Shown: positions 41,601 through 51,961, numbered from the stretch's first letter. The stretch is DNA of 64,000 nt from Nannocystis bainbridge (GCF_028368995.1 NZ_JAQNDL010000001.1:3232001-3296000); one strand, 5' to 3'. The notes: generated from the letters alone by a model not told the origin. Numbers and translations: made by a program.

Positions 41601-43358
41601 TCACTCCGGAGCCGGCACCGCGAGCACGGCGATCTCGCCCTTCTCGGAGCCGACGGCCATGCGCGCGCCGGCCGGGTCGAAGGCGATCGCGGTGACGCGG
41701 CCCTTCTTTTCAAAGACCTTCTGGCTGGCCAGCAGCTCGCCGCCCGGGTAGGCGAGCAGCACCAGCTCGCCGTCGAGCTTGCCGATCGCCACTCGCTTGC
41801 CGTCGGGGTGGAAGGCGAAGGTCGTCACGCCCTGGCTGGCCTTCTGCAGGGCGGCGTGGGCGGGCTTGCCCTTGGCGAGGGCGTAGCTCTGCAACCACTG
41901 GGCGGTGGCGGACCAACCGCTGAGCCGGCACAGCACGACGAGGTGCTCGCCGGACGGATCGAAGCACAGTTGATCGAGCGCGCCGCCGTTGTGGGTCGGC
42001 TCCTGCTTCCAGACGGTGCGTCCGCCAGCGACAGCGACCCAGCGGATCTGGCTGCCGCCGTATTCACCCCACAGCACGTGCTGGCCGTCGGGAGACACCA
42101 GGGCGATCGGGTAGGTGCTCGGCGGGGGACCGCCGACGCGCGCGCGCTCGGGCCAGACAGCAGCGCCGGGCTTCGAGATCGTGCGCAGCGCGACGCCGGT
42201 CCCCGTCACCAGCGCGAGGATCTCGCCGGCGGCATCGATGCTCGAGAGCGAGACGCTCGTCAGGGGCGAGTACTCGTCGTAGGCGACCTCGCGCTCGACG
42301 TCGCGGTCCGGCTCCCACACCAGCACGCGCGCGCCGCTGTCTTGCAAGCTGAACACCATGCGGCCGTCGGGCAGAAAATCGATGCCGCCGCACTCCCACG
42401 CGTCGCACTTGGGCGCGAAGGTCCGCTGGCGCTCGCCGGTGGCGATATCGACGCGGCTCAGCAGATGATCGGGCCCGCCGCGATCGGGCGACTGCGCGAC
42501 CACCAGCCAGGTACCGGACGGATCGAAGCGCAGGCGATGAATCGGCTTGGTGCGATCGGGGCCGCGATAGCGGTGTAGCGCGGCGAACGGGCCGGCCGGG
42601 GCCTTCGCCTTGCGAGCAGGCTTGGCAGCGACGGGGGCCGGGTTGGCAGCCAGAGCGTCGGCGAAGCGCTCGATGTCCGGGGCCTCGCTGCCGGTCGGCC
42701 GGACGACGATCGACTGCTGGTCCGACTTCGGCCGATCGACGACGAAGCCGGCCTCGACCAGCGCATCGCACACGCGCCCGGCGTCGCCGCGCCAGTGGAG
42801 GTGGAGCTTCCCGGTGAGGCGCCCGAAGGCGTCGAAGGCGTCGTGCGACTGCTCGTGCCAGAACACGGCGGTCTGCTCCGGGCTGCGCTCGCGCTCGGCG
42901 ACGATCTCCCAGCCCGCGCTCTGGGTCGAACCGGCGCACGGGAAGGCGAGCACCTTGCGCTTGCCGAGCGCCGCGAACACTTCGATGAGCTCGATCAGAT
43001 CGGAGGTGGCGCCTTCGGAGGCCGGGCTGAGCACGAGGGTGCCGTGCTCGGCGTAGTCGTCGCGCTGCTTCTTGCTCTCCTCGATGCGCACGACCAAATT
43101 GCGCCGCGCAAAGGCCATCTGCAGCTCGGCCCGCGAGGCGCCCCACCACATCGGCAAGGGCCGCACGAGCGCGCCCTTGCTGTCGAAGGCCCCGTCGGCC
43201 GCCCGACCCCAGTAGACGAAGCCGTACCCCTCACCCTCGTCGCGCGGGGAGAACTCGGCGAGGGCGTCGTCGTCGACCGCGGCGAAGACGTCGATGCTCT
43301 CGACGTCGCGGAGGGTCCGCTTGAGGAGCGTCCGGGTGATCGTCACGCGACGGAGCAT
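41601..43358 (-). CDS. Protein with two related N-terminal domains (DUF6891-like) and C-terminal WD40 repeats
   Basis: GFVYWG...AFDSKGALVRPLPMWWG parallels AVFWHEQ...AFDAFGRLTGKLHLHWRG; WD-like blades (VTTFAFHPDGKRVAIG, VTAIAFDPAG). Confidence 0.75.
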   Translation of the reverse strand: MLRRVTITRTLLKRTLRDVESIDVFAAVDDDALAEFSPRDEGEGYGFVYWGRAADGAFDSKGALVRPLPMWWGASRAELQMAFARRNLVVRIEESKKQRDDYAEHGTLVLSPASEGATSDLIELIEVFAALGKRKVLAFPCAGSTQSAGWEIVAERERSPEQTAVFWHEQSHDAFDAFGRLTGKLHLHWRGDAGRVCDALVEAGFVVDRPKSDQQSIVVRPTGSEAPDIERFADALAANPAPVAAKPARKAKAPAGPFAALHRYRGPDRTKPIHRLRFDPSGTWLVVAQSPDRGGPDHLLSRVDIATGERQRTFAPKCDAWECGGIDFLPDGRMVFSLQDSGARVLVWEPDRDVEREVAYDEYSPLTSVSLSSIDAAGEILALVTGTGVALRTISKPGAAVWPERARVGGPPPSTYPIALVSPDGQHVLWGEYGGSQIRWVAVAGGRTVWKQEPTHNGGALDQLCFDPSGEHLVVLCRLSGWSATAQWLQSYALAKGKPAHAALQKASQGVTTFAFHPDGKRVAIGKLDGELVLLAYPGGELLASQKVFEKKGRVTAIAFDPAGARMAVGSEKGEIAVLAVPAPE

Positions 43359-43690
43359 ACCCGCGCCTCACCGCCGATGTGTGGTGCAGTGAACGGCATC
43401 CGCGGATCCACAACGATGCACCCGGAGAGCGGCGGAGCACGAGGCCGTCCAAGGGCTGGACCTCGAACTGCGCTGACGGCCACGGCGACGACCCTTGCGA
43501 TTCCCGCCGCAGTGGCCGCCAGGGGAAGAGGCGCAGCGCGACGCTCGCGGCTGGGGCCCATGCGCGGCCGGTTCGTCGCCACCGTCTCGAACGCGTCGGC
43601 CTCGTGGGAAAGAGCGGTTCCTGAGCCAATAAAAAAGGGCCCCGGTTCTGCCAGCTGCCCTGGGCCGGGGACTGCGCTATTGTGTGAGTC

Positions 43691-44779
43691 GTGGTGCGCC
43701 TCGTCACCCTCATCGCCGTCTCCCTGAGCGCTGCCGCGTGCAACAACGGCGACGGGCAGCAGACGGGCTTCAGCTCGAGCATCACCACCGTGCCGCAGGG
43801 GACCAGCTCGAGCGGCTCGGGCACTTCGAGCTCGACGTCGAGTTCGAACGGCTCGGAGGACTCGGCCGCGGGGAGCTCGGCGAGTTCCGACAGTTCGACC
43901 AGCACCACGAGCTCCAGCAGCGTCCCCGACCTCGGCACGATCCCCGACGCCGGCGACGGACCGCCCCCGGGTTGCAAGGGCAAGGTCGACTTCCTGTTCA
44001 CGATCAGCAGCGCGCCGACCATGGAGGTCAAGCAAGCGCGCCTGAAGGCGAGCTTCTCCAGCTTCATGGCGACGCTCGAGAGCGAATTCGCGGACTTCGA
44101 CTACCACATCCTGTCCTCGAACACGTCCGGGTTCTGGGGCTATCCGAGCTGCGTCGGCTGTCAAGACGTGTGCGAAGACCTGCCCGAGTACCCGTGCGGC
44201 GTATCGCCGGAGCCCTGCGACTCCATCCGCGGCGCCGGCGTCACCTACCCGATCGGCAAGCACGCCAGCAACGAGCGCTGCGAGCTCGCCAGCGGCCTCC
44301 GCTACATCAACGCTGGCCAGCCCATGCTCGAGGACGCGTTCACCTGCATCGCCTCGATGGGGATCAACGGCGCTGACGGCGTCGCCGAGACCACCGTCCT
44401 CGCGCTCGCCGACGACCTCGACGGGCCCGGCGGGTGCAACGAGGGCTTCCTCCGCGCGGACGCCCTGCTCGTCGTCGTCGCCATCCAGGACACCTACGAC
44501 AACTTCAGCGACGGCACCCCGGAGGACTGGGCCGCCACATTGGTGGAGGCAAAGGGCGGCGACGCGGACGCGGTCGTGCTCCTCGTCATCTCGACCGACA
44601 TCGATCTCCCGGGCGCCCTGTGCGGCAACACCATCGGGGTCGAACACAACCTTCGAACCTGGACCACACTCATGCCGCACTCCGTGTTCGGCTCGATCTG
44701 CGCCGAGGGCTACGGCGACTACTTCGCCGCCGCCGCCGCGAAAATCACGGAGCAGTGCGAAGTGTTCGCGCCGCAGTAG
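43691..44779 (+). CDS. Lipoprotein with vWA-like Cys-rich domain (paralog of 2410-3495)
   Basis: Long near-identical blocks shared with 2410-3495 (GDGPPPGCKGKVDFLFTIS, LESEFADFDYHILS, LLVVVAIQDTYD). Confidence 0.85.
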   Translation: MVRLVTLIAVSLSAAACNNGDGQQTGFSSSITTVPQGTSSSGSGTSSSTSSSNGSEDSAAGSSASSDSSTSTTSSSSVPDLGTIPDAGDGPPPGCKGKVDFLFTISSAPTMEVKQARLKASFSSFMATLESEFADFDYHILSSNTSGFWGYPSCVGCQDVCEDLPEYPCGVSPEPCDSIRGAGVTYPIGKHASNERCELASGLRYINAGQPMLEDAFTCIASMGINGADGVAETTVLALADDLDGPGGCNEGFLRADALLVVVAIQDTYDNFSDGTPEDWAATLVEAKGGDADAVVLLVISTDIDLPGALCGNTIGVEHNLRTWTTLMPHSVFGSICAEGYGDYFAAAAAKITEQCEVFAPQ

Positions 44780-46474
44780 CTACGGGTACAGGCGCAGCGC
44801 GAACGCCTGCGGCTGGAGCCCGCCGAACTCGCTGCCGGCGACATACACGTAACCCCAGCTGTCGATCGCAAGGCCCGCGGCCTCGTCGGGTCCCTGGCCT
44901 GGCCCGCTGCGGACCACCTCCCATGCGGGCGCGCCCGCCGGGCCAGGGATGGCGAGGATCCACGAGTCGGCGTCTTGCAGGGGCTTCACCGCCGCGCCGG
45001 CGACGATGATCTTGCCCTCGCGATCCTCGCCGACAGCGTAGCCGACCGAGTCACTCGACGACGGCTCGATGCGCACGGGCCCGGGCGCGCCCGCGGCCGT
45101 GAACCAGCGCGTCAGCAAGAGCCGGTTTTTGAAACCGAGGTCACGACCCCAGCCCGTGACCACGAACCCCCCCTCGCGCAGCGGCGCCACGGCCATTGCC
45201 ACGTCCTCGTCCATCAGCTCGCCGGGCGAGGTCCACGCGCCGAGCGACGCGCCGTCCAGGCCGTAGCGCAACACCACGGTCCGTTGGACCTCGACGTCGT
45301 CCTCGTTCTTGGTCATTCGTTCACCGACCACGACGATCTCGTCGCCGACGAGCGCCACGCCGCGAGCGACCTCGTCCCAATCGTTGAGCTTGTCCTCCGC
45401 GGGTGAGGCTGCGAACGTCCGTTCGTCCTGCTGTTCGCCGCCCGTGGCCGAGACCCACCAGACCTTGAGGTCGTGCGTGCCCGGCTTGACCTCGTCCGCG
45501 CCGACGAGGACCAGCGAGTCATCCACCACGATCAGGGCATTTACCGAAGTCCCGAGCAGACCGATCCACGTCTGCTCCTTCGGCTCGCCGAACTTCACCC
45601 GCGACACCGCCCAGCGCGTCGAGCCCTTGTCGGGGAACGTCCACGCCACGAACGCCGCGTCGTCGTCGCCGACCGCGATCGCCGGCCCACGCCCGCCGCC
45701 GGACACCGCGACCGGGCCGAGGTGGATCGGGCTGCCCTCCGGCTGGCCCTTCGTGCCGTCGACGCGCACCGCCACGGCCTCGAGGTCGTCGTTCGTCTCG
45801 AAGAAGCCCGCCACCGCGATCCCGTTGCCGAGCATCGCCGCGCTGGTAAAACCGTTGATCGGCCCGGCCTTGACGTAGGGCGGCCAGACGTCGCTGCCGC
45901 CGGGCTGGACGTCGATCATCAACTCCTCCATGCCCTCGCCGCTGACGCCGTCGGCCGCGTGGGCGACGGCGCGGAGCGTATGCGTGCCGTCGCCGGGGAC
46001 GACGTCCGAGGTCACCTCGAACACGTGCACGGGATTCGCCGGCGCTGCGCCGAGCACCAGCGGCACATCACCATCGAAGACATCGATGGACGCGACCGGC
46101 CGCGACGTCCACACCGAGACCTGCACCTCACCGACGTGGAGCATCGGCGACGGGGAATTTAGAATGACCTCGACCTCGACCGGTACCGCCTTGCCGTCGT
46201 CGTCGCCGGTGGTTCCGGTCGCGCCGTCGCTCGCACTCCCGCCGCTCGTCGCCGTGCTGACCGTCGTCGCCGCGCCGGATGTGGTGCCGTCGTCGGCCGT
46301 GCTCGCGTCGGCGCTCGTGCTCGCGTCCGGCGTCGTGGCCCCGTCGCCGGTCGAGCCGGTCGTCAGGGACGGCAGATCGTGGCCTTGCTGCGAGACCCGA
46401 TCCCAGTCGAGCGTACAACCGGCGAGGGCGATCAGCGGACCCAGGCCGAGGACGACAGGCGCGAGGCGCAACAT
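44780..46474 (-). CDS. Lipoprotein with Ig-like and beta-propeller-like domains (paralog of 3500-5248)
   Basis: Lipobox LAGC; shared blocks (IDVQPGGSD, DEVARGVA, GPGQGPDEAAGLA, AFALRLYP). Confidence 0.82.
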   Translation of the reverse strand: MLRLAPVVLGLGPLIALAGCTLDWDRVSQQGHDLPSLTTGSTGDGATTPDASTSADASTADDGTTSGAATTVSTATSGGSASDGATGTTGDDDGKAVPVEVEVILNSPSPMLHVGEVQVSVWTSRPVASIDVFDGDVPLVLGAAPANPVHVFEVTSDVVPGDGTHTLRAVAHAADGVSGEGMEELMIDVQPGGSDVWPPYVKAGPINGFTSAAMLGNGIAVAGFFETNDDLEAVAVRVDGTKGQPEGSPIHLGPVAVSGGGRGPAIAVGDDDAAFVAWTFPDKGSTRWAVSRVKFGEPKEQTWIGLLGTSVNALIVVDDSLVLVGADEVKPGTHDLKVWWVSATGGEQQDERTFAASPAEDKLNDWDEVARGVALVGDEIVVVGERMTKNEDDVEVQRTVVLRYGLDGASLGAWTSPGELMDEDVAMAVAPLREGGFVVTGWGRDLGFKNRLLLTRWFTAAGAPGPVRIEPSSSDSVGYAVGEDREGKIIVAGAAVKPLQDADSWILAIPGPAGAPAWEVVRSGPGQGPDEAAGLAIDSWGYVYVAGSEFGGLQPQAFALRLYP

Positions 46475-46611
46475 CCCCGCCAGGGTACCATGCGCGATTT
46501 CGATCGGCGAACGAAAAGCCCAGGGACGGCCGCCTCGCGCCCGCCCGGGCCGAACCGACAGCAGGCGCTCGTCCCCTCCTGCGACGGCCCCACCTGAACA
46601 TTCTCGCATGT

Positions 46612-46945
46612 GCGATCAGGCAGGTCGGCCGGGTCTTCGCAGCAAGGGAATCGACCGCGGCGACCTGGTGGAAAGGCCAGGTTGATTCGGCGCCCGCCGG
46701 CGCCGAGGCATCGGGCGCTCGGTCGCTTCCTGGCGAAGTCAATCCTGCGCGATCGGCAGGTCCGCCGGTGCTCGCAGCAAGGGAATAGAAGGCTGCGACC
46801 TGGCGGCAAGGCCAGGTCGATTCGCCACCCGCCGACGCGCCGAGGCATCGGCGCGCTCGGTGGTGCGATCGGGCAGGTCCGCCCGCGCGGAGGATCTCGC
46901 AGCAAGGAAATCGAACGCTGCGACCTGGAAATCAGGTCAATTCGT
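46612..46945. repeat. Three ~116-137 bp direct repeats each containing a hairpin
   Basis: gcgatc..gcaggtc at 46612, 46749, 46865; conserved tcgcagcaagg(g/a)aat and a gacctgg...caggt inverted repeat in each. Confidence 0.8.
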
Positions 46946-46951
46946 CACGCC

Positions 46952-48310
46952 TCACACGCCGGTGACGTAGACGATGCCGAGGCACATCTCGTCGCCGGTG
47001 CCCTCGCCCCATAGGATGTCCTTGGGCTGCATCTGCACGCCGTTTTCGACCGGCTGGTTGGCGGCCGTGTTGTCCCACTCGCACTCGAGGCGCAGCTGAT
47101 CGCCGGGACGGACGGTCACGGGGGCGGTGAGCTGGTAGCTGCCCTGCCAGTTGAAGTCCCAGCGCGGGATGTCCAGCAAACAACTGTTTTGCCCGCCGGT
47201 GACGGCCAGCGAGCCGCGCACGCCGCGGGTGTGCATGTGCAGCGCGGCGGCGTGGACGACGAAGGGATCGCCCGCCTGCAGCCCGCCGTCGGGGAACAGC
47301 AGCGGGAGGTAGTTGCTGACGTCGGCGGTGAAGCTGTGGACGACGCCGGCCTCGCCGGCGGGGATCAGCATCGGCTCGCTGCCCTGGACCCACGCAGGGT
47401 TGGTGAACGGCATCATCACCGCGACCTTGTCGACGCTCGCGGCGGTGCGGATCTGGATCCGCGACTGATCGGGCTTGGCGCCCGGGTAGGTGTGGTAGTG
47501 CATCTGCACCGCGACGAGCGAACCCGGCTGCACTTTGATTCCTGTCCCTTCGGGCATGTCCCCGGGGTCACCTCCGGGCACCCAGGCGCCGAGCCAGGGG
47601 ATCCGTCCGCCGACCTGATCGCCGCCCGGGCCGCCGTAGCAGAGATAGCCGGGATCGGGGTCGGCGTCGTCGAGCGCGCGATAGGTCTCAGCCTGCTCGG
47701 GCGGGACGGCGAAGGCGATCACGTGATGCACGATCTGCCGCTCGCCCGGAGTCACGCTGAGCGCGGTGATGAAGGTCTCCTCGTCTTCGGGCCAGGGCAG
47801 CAGGAAGCAGCGGTACTCATCGGGCGCGATCGTCGGGGTGTAGGGCTCGGGCAACTGGAGGTCGATGTCGAACTCGATCGGCTCGGGCGCCTGCGCGGGC
47901 GCGGGAGCGTCGGCTGGGTCGCCCTCGGGTGCGCCGAGCTCGACCCAGTCGAGCAGGGTCTGGCGCGCTTCGTCGTCGATCGAGCGGTCGTGGAGATAGG
48001 TGCCGCAGGCGGCGTCGGGCGGCCACGGCGGCATGGTCCCGGTCATGAGCGAGGCCGGCAGCGCGCTGGCGACGGCGCTGGCTTCGGCGTACGACGCGAG
48101 CGAGAACGGGGCGAGGTTGCCGGGGCTGTGACAGCCGACGCACTTGGCGTCGAGGATCGCCTTGACGTCGCGCCAGTAGGTGACGGCCGCGGCCTCGCCG
48201 GTGGTCGAGGTGCTCGCGGCGTCGACGGCAGTGTCGGAGCCGTCGCCCGGGGCGTCGCCGCAAGCGACGAGGAGGAGGCCGAGCGGGAGGATGGCGGTGA
48301 TGCGCTGCAT
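46952..48310 (-). CDS. Copper type II ascorbate-dependent monooxygenase-like lipoprotein with N-terminal CxxCH cytochrome c-like domain
   Basis: Lipobox LVAC; CVGCH; MPPWP; VHHVI, QMHYH, LHMH, WDFNWQ, DEMC. Confidence 0.85.
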   Translation of the reverse strand: MQRITAILPLGLLLVACGDAPGDGSDTAVDAASTSTTGEAAAVTYWRDVKAILDAKCVGCHSPGNLAPFSLASYAEASAVASALPASLMTGTMPPWPPDAACGTYLHDRSIDDEARQTLLDWVELGAPEGDPADAPAPAQAPEPIEFDIDLQLPEPYTPTIAPDEYRCFLLPWPEDEETFITALSVTPGERQIVHHVIAFAVPPEQAETYRALDDADPDPGYLCYGGPGGDQVGGRIPWLGAWVPGGDPGDMPEGTGIKVQPGSLVAVQMHYHTYPGAKPDQSRIQIRTAASVDKVAVMMPFTNPAWVQGSEPMLIPAGEAGVVHSFTADVSNYLPLLFPDGGLQAGDPFVVHAAALHMHTRGVRGSLAVTGGQNSCLLDIPRWDFNWQGSYQLTAPVTVRPGDQLRLECEWDNTAANQPVENGVQMQPKDILWGEGTGDEMCLGIVYVTGV

Positions 48311-48359
48311 GACCTCGAGTTCAGCACGCGAGGTATGGAGAGTGTGTGGAGGCGCCGCG

Positions 48360-49754
48360 CTACGACGACTGCGGCGGGCCGCTGATGGGGCCGCGGAGCG
48401 TCGCTCGCAGGCCGCGGGGCAGCTCACCCGCGAGCGTCAGCGTGAAGCCGGCGCGGCTGCACACCTCTTGCGAGATCGCCAGGCCGAGGCCGCCGCCCTT
48501 CGGGTCGCGGCGGCGGGCCTCGTCGGTGCGGAAGGTGCGGTCGCCGATCTTCGGCAGGTCGGCCGGGGGCACGCCGGGGCCGTCGTCGACGACCGTGAGC
48601 GTGAACTCGGCCCCGGAATCACCCGTCTCTTCGAGCAGGATCGCCACGTGGCCGCCGGGCTCGCCGTGGGCGACCGCGTTGTGCACGAGGTTGGCCAGCG
48701 CTTGCTCGGCCATCGCCGGGTTGCAGCGGGCCCACAGCGCGGCGTCGGGGCGGGCGTCGTGGACCTCGATGCCGCGGGTGCGTCCGAGCGCGGCGAAGCG
48801 GCGGGCGACGCGGTCGACGAGGGCGCAAAGGTCCACGCGGAGGTCGCCGTGGAGCGGGTCGGCGCCCTCTTGCAGGCGGCACGCCAGGTAGAGGTTGTCG
48901 ATGAGCGAGCCCATGTAAACGACATCGCCGATCGCCCCGCGGACGAGGCCCTGATCCTCGGCCGGGCGCGCGTCGGCGGCCACCTGCTCGAGCGCGATCT
49001 GCAGCGAGGCCAGCGGGGTGCGCAGGTCGTGGGCGATGTTGGCGAGGTGCTGCTCGAGCGCGCGGTGGCGGGCCTCCATGCGGGCGGCGTCGGCGGCGAT
49101 GCGCGCGTGGGCCTGGTCGAGCAGGGCCGACAATTGGCCGAGGTCGTCGCGCGCGGGGTCGCCGGCGGACGCGTAGCCGGCGGCCTGCCCGACCTGCTCG
49201 GTGGCGCGGCGCAGCTTCTCGAGCCGCAGGGCCATCGGCCGCACGGCGAAGAAGCTGGCGAGGCCGACCGCCGCGGCGACGCTGAAGGCGAGCAGGCCGA
49301 AGATGATGAGCAGGGCGAACCGCCGCTCGGACGGGCTGAGCCGCCAGCGCAGCTGGACCAGAGCGCACGGGCCGTGGTCGGCGGCGCGGCGCAGACTGGC
49401 GCCGCCCCACGGCTGGAAGAAATACATGCGCGCCGGCGCGGTCTCGCCGGCTTGCAGGCGCGCGAACAGCTGCAGATCGATCGGTTCGGTGCCGGCGACC
49501 GCGGGCCGCAGGTCTTCGTCGTAGACGACGAGGTCGAGCTCCGGACCGTGCTGCGCGATGAAGCGGCCCGGGTCGCGCTCGCACTGCGCCAGCGAGATCG
49601 CGTCGAGCTGCGGCGTCAGCACGCCGATGCGCCGGATCGCCTGCTCGATGAACAGCGACGGCATCACCACCGCGACCACGGCGACGCTGAGGCCGGCGCA
49701 GATCGCCGCGGCCAGGAACACCCGCCCGGACAGGCCGCGGAGGATCCGGCTCAC
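48360..49754 (-). CDS. Sensor histidine kinase (HAMP)
   Basis: Two TMs, HAMP, H-box IAHDLRTPL, N-box NLVHNA, DDGPG, GGGLGLAI; GTG start overlaps the regulator stop. Confidence 0.92.
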   Translation of the reverse strand: MSRILRGLSGRVFLAAAICAGLSVAVVAVVMPSLFIEQAIRRIGVLTPQLDAISLAQCERDPGRFIAQHGPELDLVVYDEDLRPAVAGTEPIDLQLFARLQAGETAPARMYFFQPWGGASLRRAADHGPCALVQLRWRLSPSERRFALLIIFGLLAFSVAAAVGLASFFAVRPMALRLEKLRRATEQVGQAAGYASAGDPARDDLGQLSALLDQAHARIAADAARMEARHRALEQHLANIAHDLRTPLASLQIALEQVAADARPAEDQGLVRGAIGDVVYMGSLIDNLYLACRLQEGADPLHGDLRVDLCALVDRVARRFAALGRTRGIEVHDARPDAALWARCNPAMAEQALANLVHNAVAHGEPGGHVAILLEETGDSGAEFTLTVVDDGPGVPPADLPKIGDRTFRTDEARRRDPKGGGLGLAISQEVCSRAGFTLTLAGELPRGLRATLRGPISGPPQSS

Positions 49755-50449
49755 TTCGCCTCCGGGGCGTCGAAGCGGTAGCCGATGCCCCACACCGTGG
49801 CGATCCGCCCGCCGGCGGCGCCGAGCTTGCGACGGATGCGGGCGACGTGCGAGTCGACGGTGCGCTCGCTGCGGTCGCCCCCGGCCGGCAGCGCGGCCTC
49901 GGCCAGCTGTCGCCGGGTGATCGCGCGAGATGGCCTTTCGACCAGGTACGCGAGGACGTTGAACTCGTGGGCGGTGAGGCCGAGCGGCTCGCCGGCGAGG
50001 GTGACGCTGCGAGCGTCGAGGTCGAGGACGGCGTCGTCCCAGGCCAGGCGGCGGGTCGGCCCGCCCGCGTCGGGCAGGCGCAGGCGGGCGCGCACGCGGG
50101 CCAGCAGCTCCTCGAACCAGAACGGCTTGGGCAGGTAGTCGACGGCGCCGCCGGCGAAGGCCTGCAGGCGGGCCTCGAGCTCGGTGCGGGCGCTGAGGAC
50201 GATCACCGGGGTCGACAGCCGGCCGCGCCACAGCTCGAGCACCTCGAAGCCGCCGAGCTCGGGCAGCATGAGGTCGAGGATGACGAGGTCGAACGGGCGC
50301 GCCAGCGCCTGCTCGGCCCCGCGGCTGCCGTCGTGGGCGAGCTCGACTTCGAAGCCGGCGCCCTTGAGCCCCCGCACGACGCCCGCCGCGATCGCGGGGT
50401 CGTCTTCGATGACGAGGATCGCCGGGCTGGTGCGTTCACGAGGCGACAT
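49751..50449 (-). CDS. OmpR/PhoB-family response regulator
   Basis: ILVIEDD, LDLMLP, DYLPKPF, wHTH RTVDSHVARIRRKL...TVWGIGYRF. Confidence 0.95.
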   Translation of the reverse strand: MSPRERTSPAILVIEDDPAIAAGVVRGLKGAGFEVELAHDGSRGAEQALARPFDLVILDLMLPELGGFEVLELWRGRLSTPVIVLSARTELEARLQAFAGGAVDYLPKPFWFEELLARVRARLRLPDAGGPTRRLAWDDAVLDLDARSVTLAGEPLGLTAHEFNVLAYLVERPSRAITRRQLAEAALPAGGDRSERTVDSHVARIRRKLGAAGGRIATVWGIGYRFDAPEAK

Positions 50450-50531
50450 ACGCGGGCTCTCGTTCGACGGTAGCAGCGCGCTCGCGGCGAAGTGTGGAGG
50501 ATTTGTCGAGCCCGTGCGAAGCTCGTCGGCG

Positions 50532-50954
50532 ATGACCTCAGGCGGCCCGGAGCATGCGCGCTCGATCCTCCCCGACGGCTGGCAGCGGCCGCGCGGCTAC
50601 AGCAACGGCATGGCGGCGCGCGGCGAGCTGCTGGCGATCGCCGGCATGATCGCCTGGGACGCGCGCGAGCAGCTCGTGTCGGACGAGTTCGCGGCGCAAT
50701 TCCGCCAGGCGCTGGCCAACGTGGTGGCGGTGGTGACCGCGGCGGGCGGGCGGCCGGAGCACGTGATCTCGCTGACGGTCTACGTCACCGACAAGCGCGA
50801 GTACATCGCCGAGCTGGCCGCGGTGGGCGCCGCGTACCGCGAGCTGATGGGGCGCCACTATCCGGCGATGGCGCTGGTCGAGGTGGCGGGGCTGCTCGAG
50901 CCGCGGGCGAAGGTGGAGATCCAGGGGCTCGCCGTGCTACCAGATCGGGCGTGA
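50532..50954 (+). CDS. RidA/YjgF family protein
   Basis: PRGYSNG, GRHYPAMALVEVAGL, KVEIQGLAVL. Confidence 0.88.
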   Translation: MTSGGPEHARSILPDGWQRPRGYSNGMAARGELLAIAGMIAWDAREQLVSDEFAAQFRQALANVVAVVTAAGGRPEHVISLTVYVTDKREYIAELAAVGAAYRELMGRHYPAMALVEVAGLLEPRAKVEIQGLAVLPDRA

Positions 50955-51796
50955 CCGACCCCGACCTGCGTGCCCTGCCGCTGCCGCGCCCCGAGAGCTT
51001 TTCGTACGAGGAGCGCGAGCGCGTCGGGGTCATCACCCTGACGCGGCCCGATCGCTTCAACGCGCTGACGTTCCAGGTCTACCGCGAGCTGACCGACCTG
51101 TTCACGGTGATCGACCGCCGGGCCCACGCCGAGGGCGGGGCGCGGGCGCTGGTGCTGCAGGGCGCGGGGCGGGCGTTCTGCGGCGGCGGCGACGTCGACG
51201 ACATCATCACCCGGCTGTTCGAGCGCGACGCCGAGGCGCTGCTGCGGTTCACGCGGATGACGGGGGAGCTGATCCACGCGATGCGCCGCTGCAAGCTGCC
51301 GATCGTCGCCAGCGTCAAGCGCGTGGCCGCCGGCGCCGGCGCGGTGATGGCCCTGGCGAGCGACCTGCGGGTGATGGGCAAGGGCTCCTTCTTCTCGTTC
51401 CTGTTCCCGCAGGTCGGGCTGTCGGGCGCCGACATGGGCGCGAGCTGGCTGCTGCCGCGGGTGGTCGGCCTCGGCCACGCGAGCGAGATCCTGCTGCTCG
51501 GCGACCGGGTGACGGCCGACCGCTGCGCGCAGATCGGGCTGGCCACCCAGGTGGTCGAGGACGAGCCCGACCGCGACGCGGTCGACCGGGCCGCGTTCGC
51601 GCTGGCCAAGCGGGTGGCCGACGGGCCCCACTTCGCCGCCCGCATGACCAAGACGATGCTGCAGCAGGAGCTCGACATGGACTTCACCGCGGCGATCGAG
51701 GCCGAGGCCCAGGCCCAGACCCTGTGCATGCAACACCCCGACTTCGCCGAGGCCGACCAGGCCCGCCAGGCCAAGCGCCCGCCGACCTGGCGCTGA
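50951..51796 (+). CDS. Enoyl-CoA hydratase/isomerase family protein
   Basis: ITLTRPDRFNALT, GRAFCGGGDV, AAGAGAVMALASDLR, VGLSGADMG. Confidence 0.92.
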   Translation: MTDPDLRALPLPRPESFSYEERERVGVITLTRPDRFNALTFQVYRELTDLFTVIDRRAHAEGGARALVLQGAGRAFCGGGDVDDIITRLFERDAEALLRFTRMTGELIHAMRRCKLPIVASVKRVAAGAGAVMALASDLRVMGKGSFFSFLFPQVGLSGADMGASWLLPRVVGLGHASEILLLGDRVTADRCAQIGLATQVVEDEPDRDAVDRAAFALAKRVADGPHFAARMTKTMLQQELDMDFTAAIEAEAQAQTLCMQHPDFAEADQARQAKRPPTWR

Positions 51797-51853
51797 GAGC
51801 ATGTCTTCGAGAGCATGTCTTCGAGAGCATGTCCCCGAGAGCATGTCCCGAGA
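51797..51853. repeat. 14-bp tandem repeat gagcatgtc(tt/cc)cga x4 (CATG array family)
   Basis: CATG at 51800, 51814, 51828, 51842; in-phase CCTG at 51786. Confidence 0.92.
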
Positions 51854-51961
51854 GACGAGCCCACCCCGCGCCGACGCCCGATGTCCTGAGGAGCCCGCCC
51901 CGATGAACCGCCTTCACCCGCACGCCGGCATCATCCTGTCCGCCTCGAGGAGCCTGTCCCG

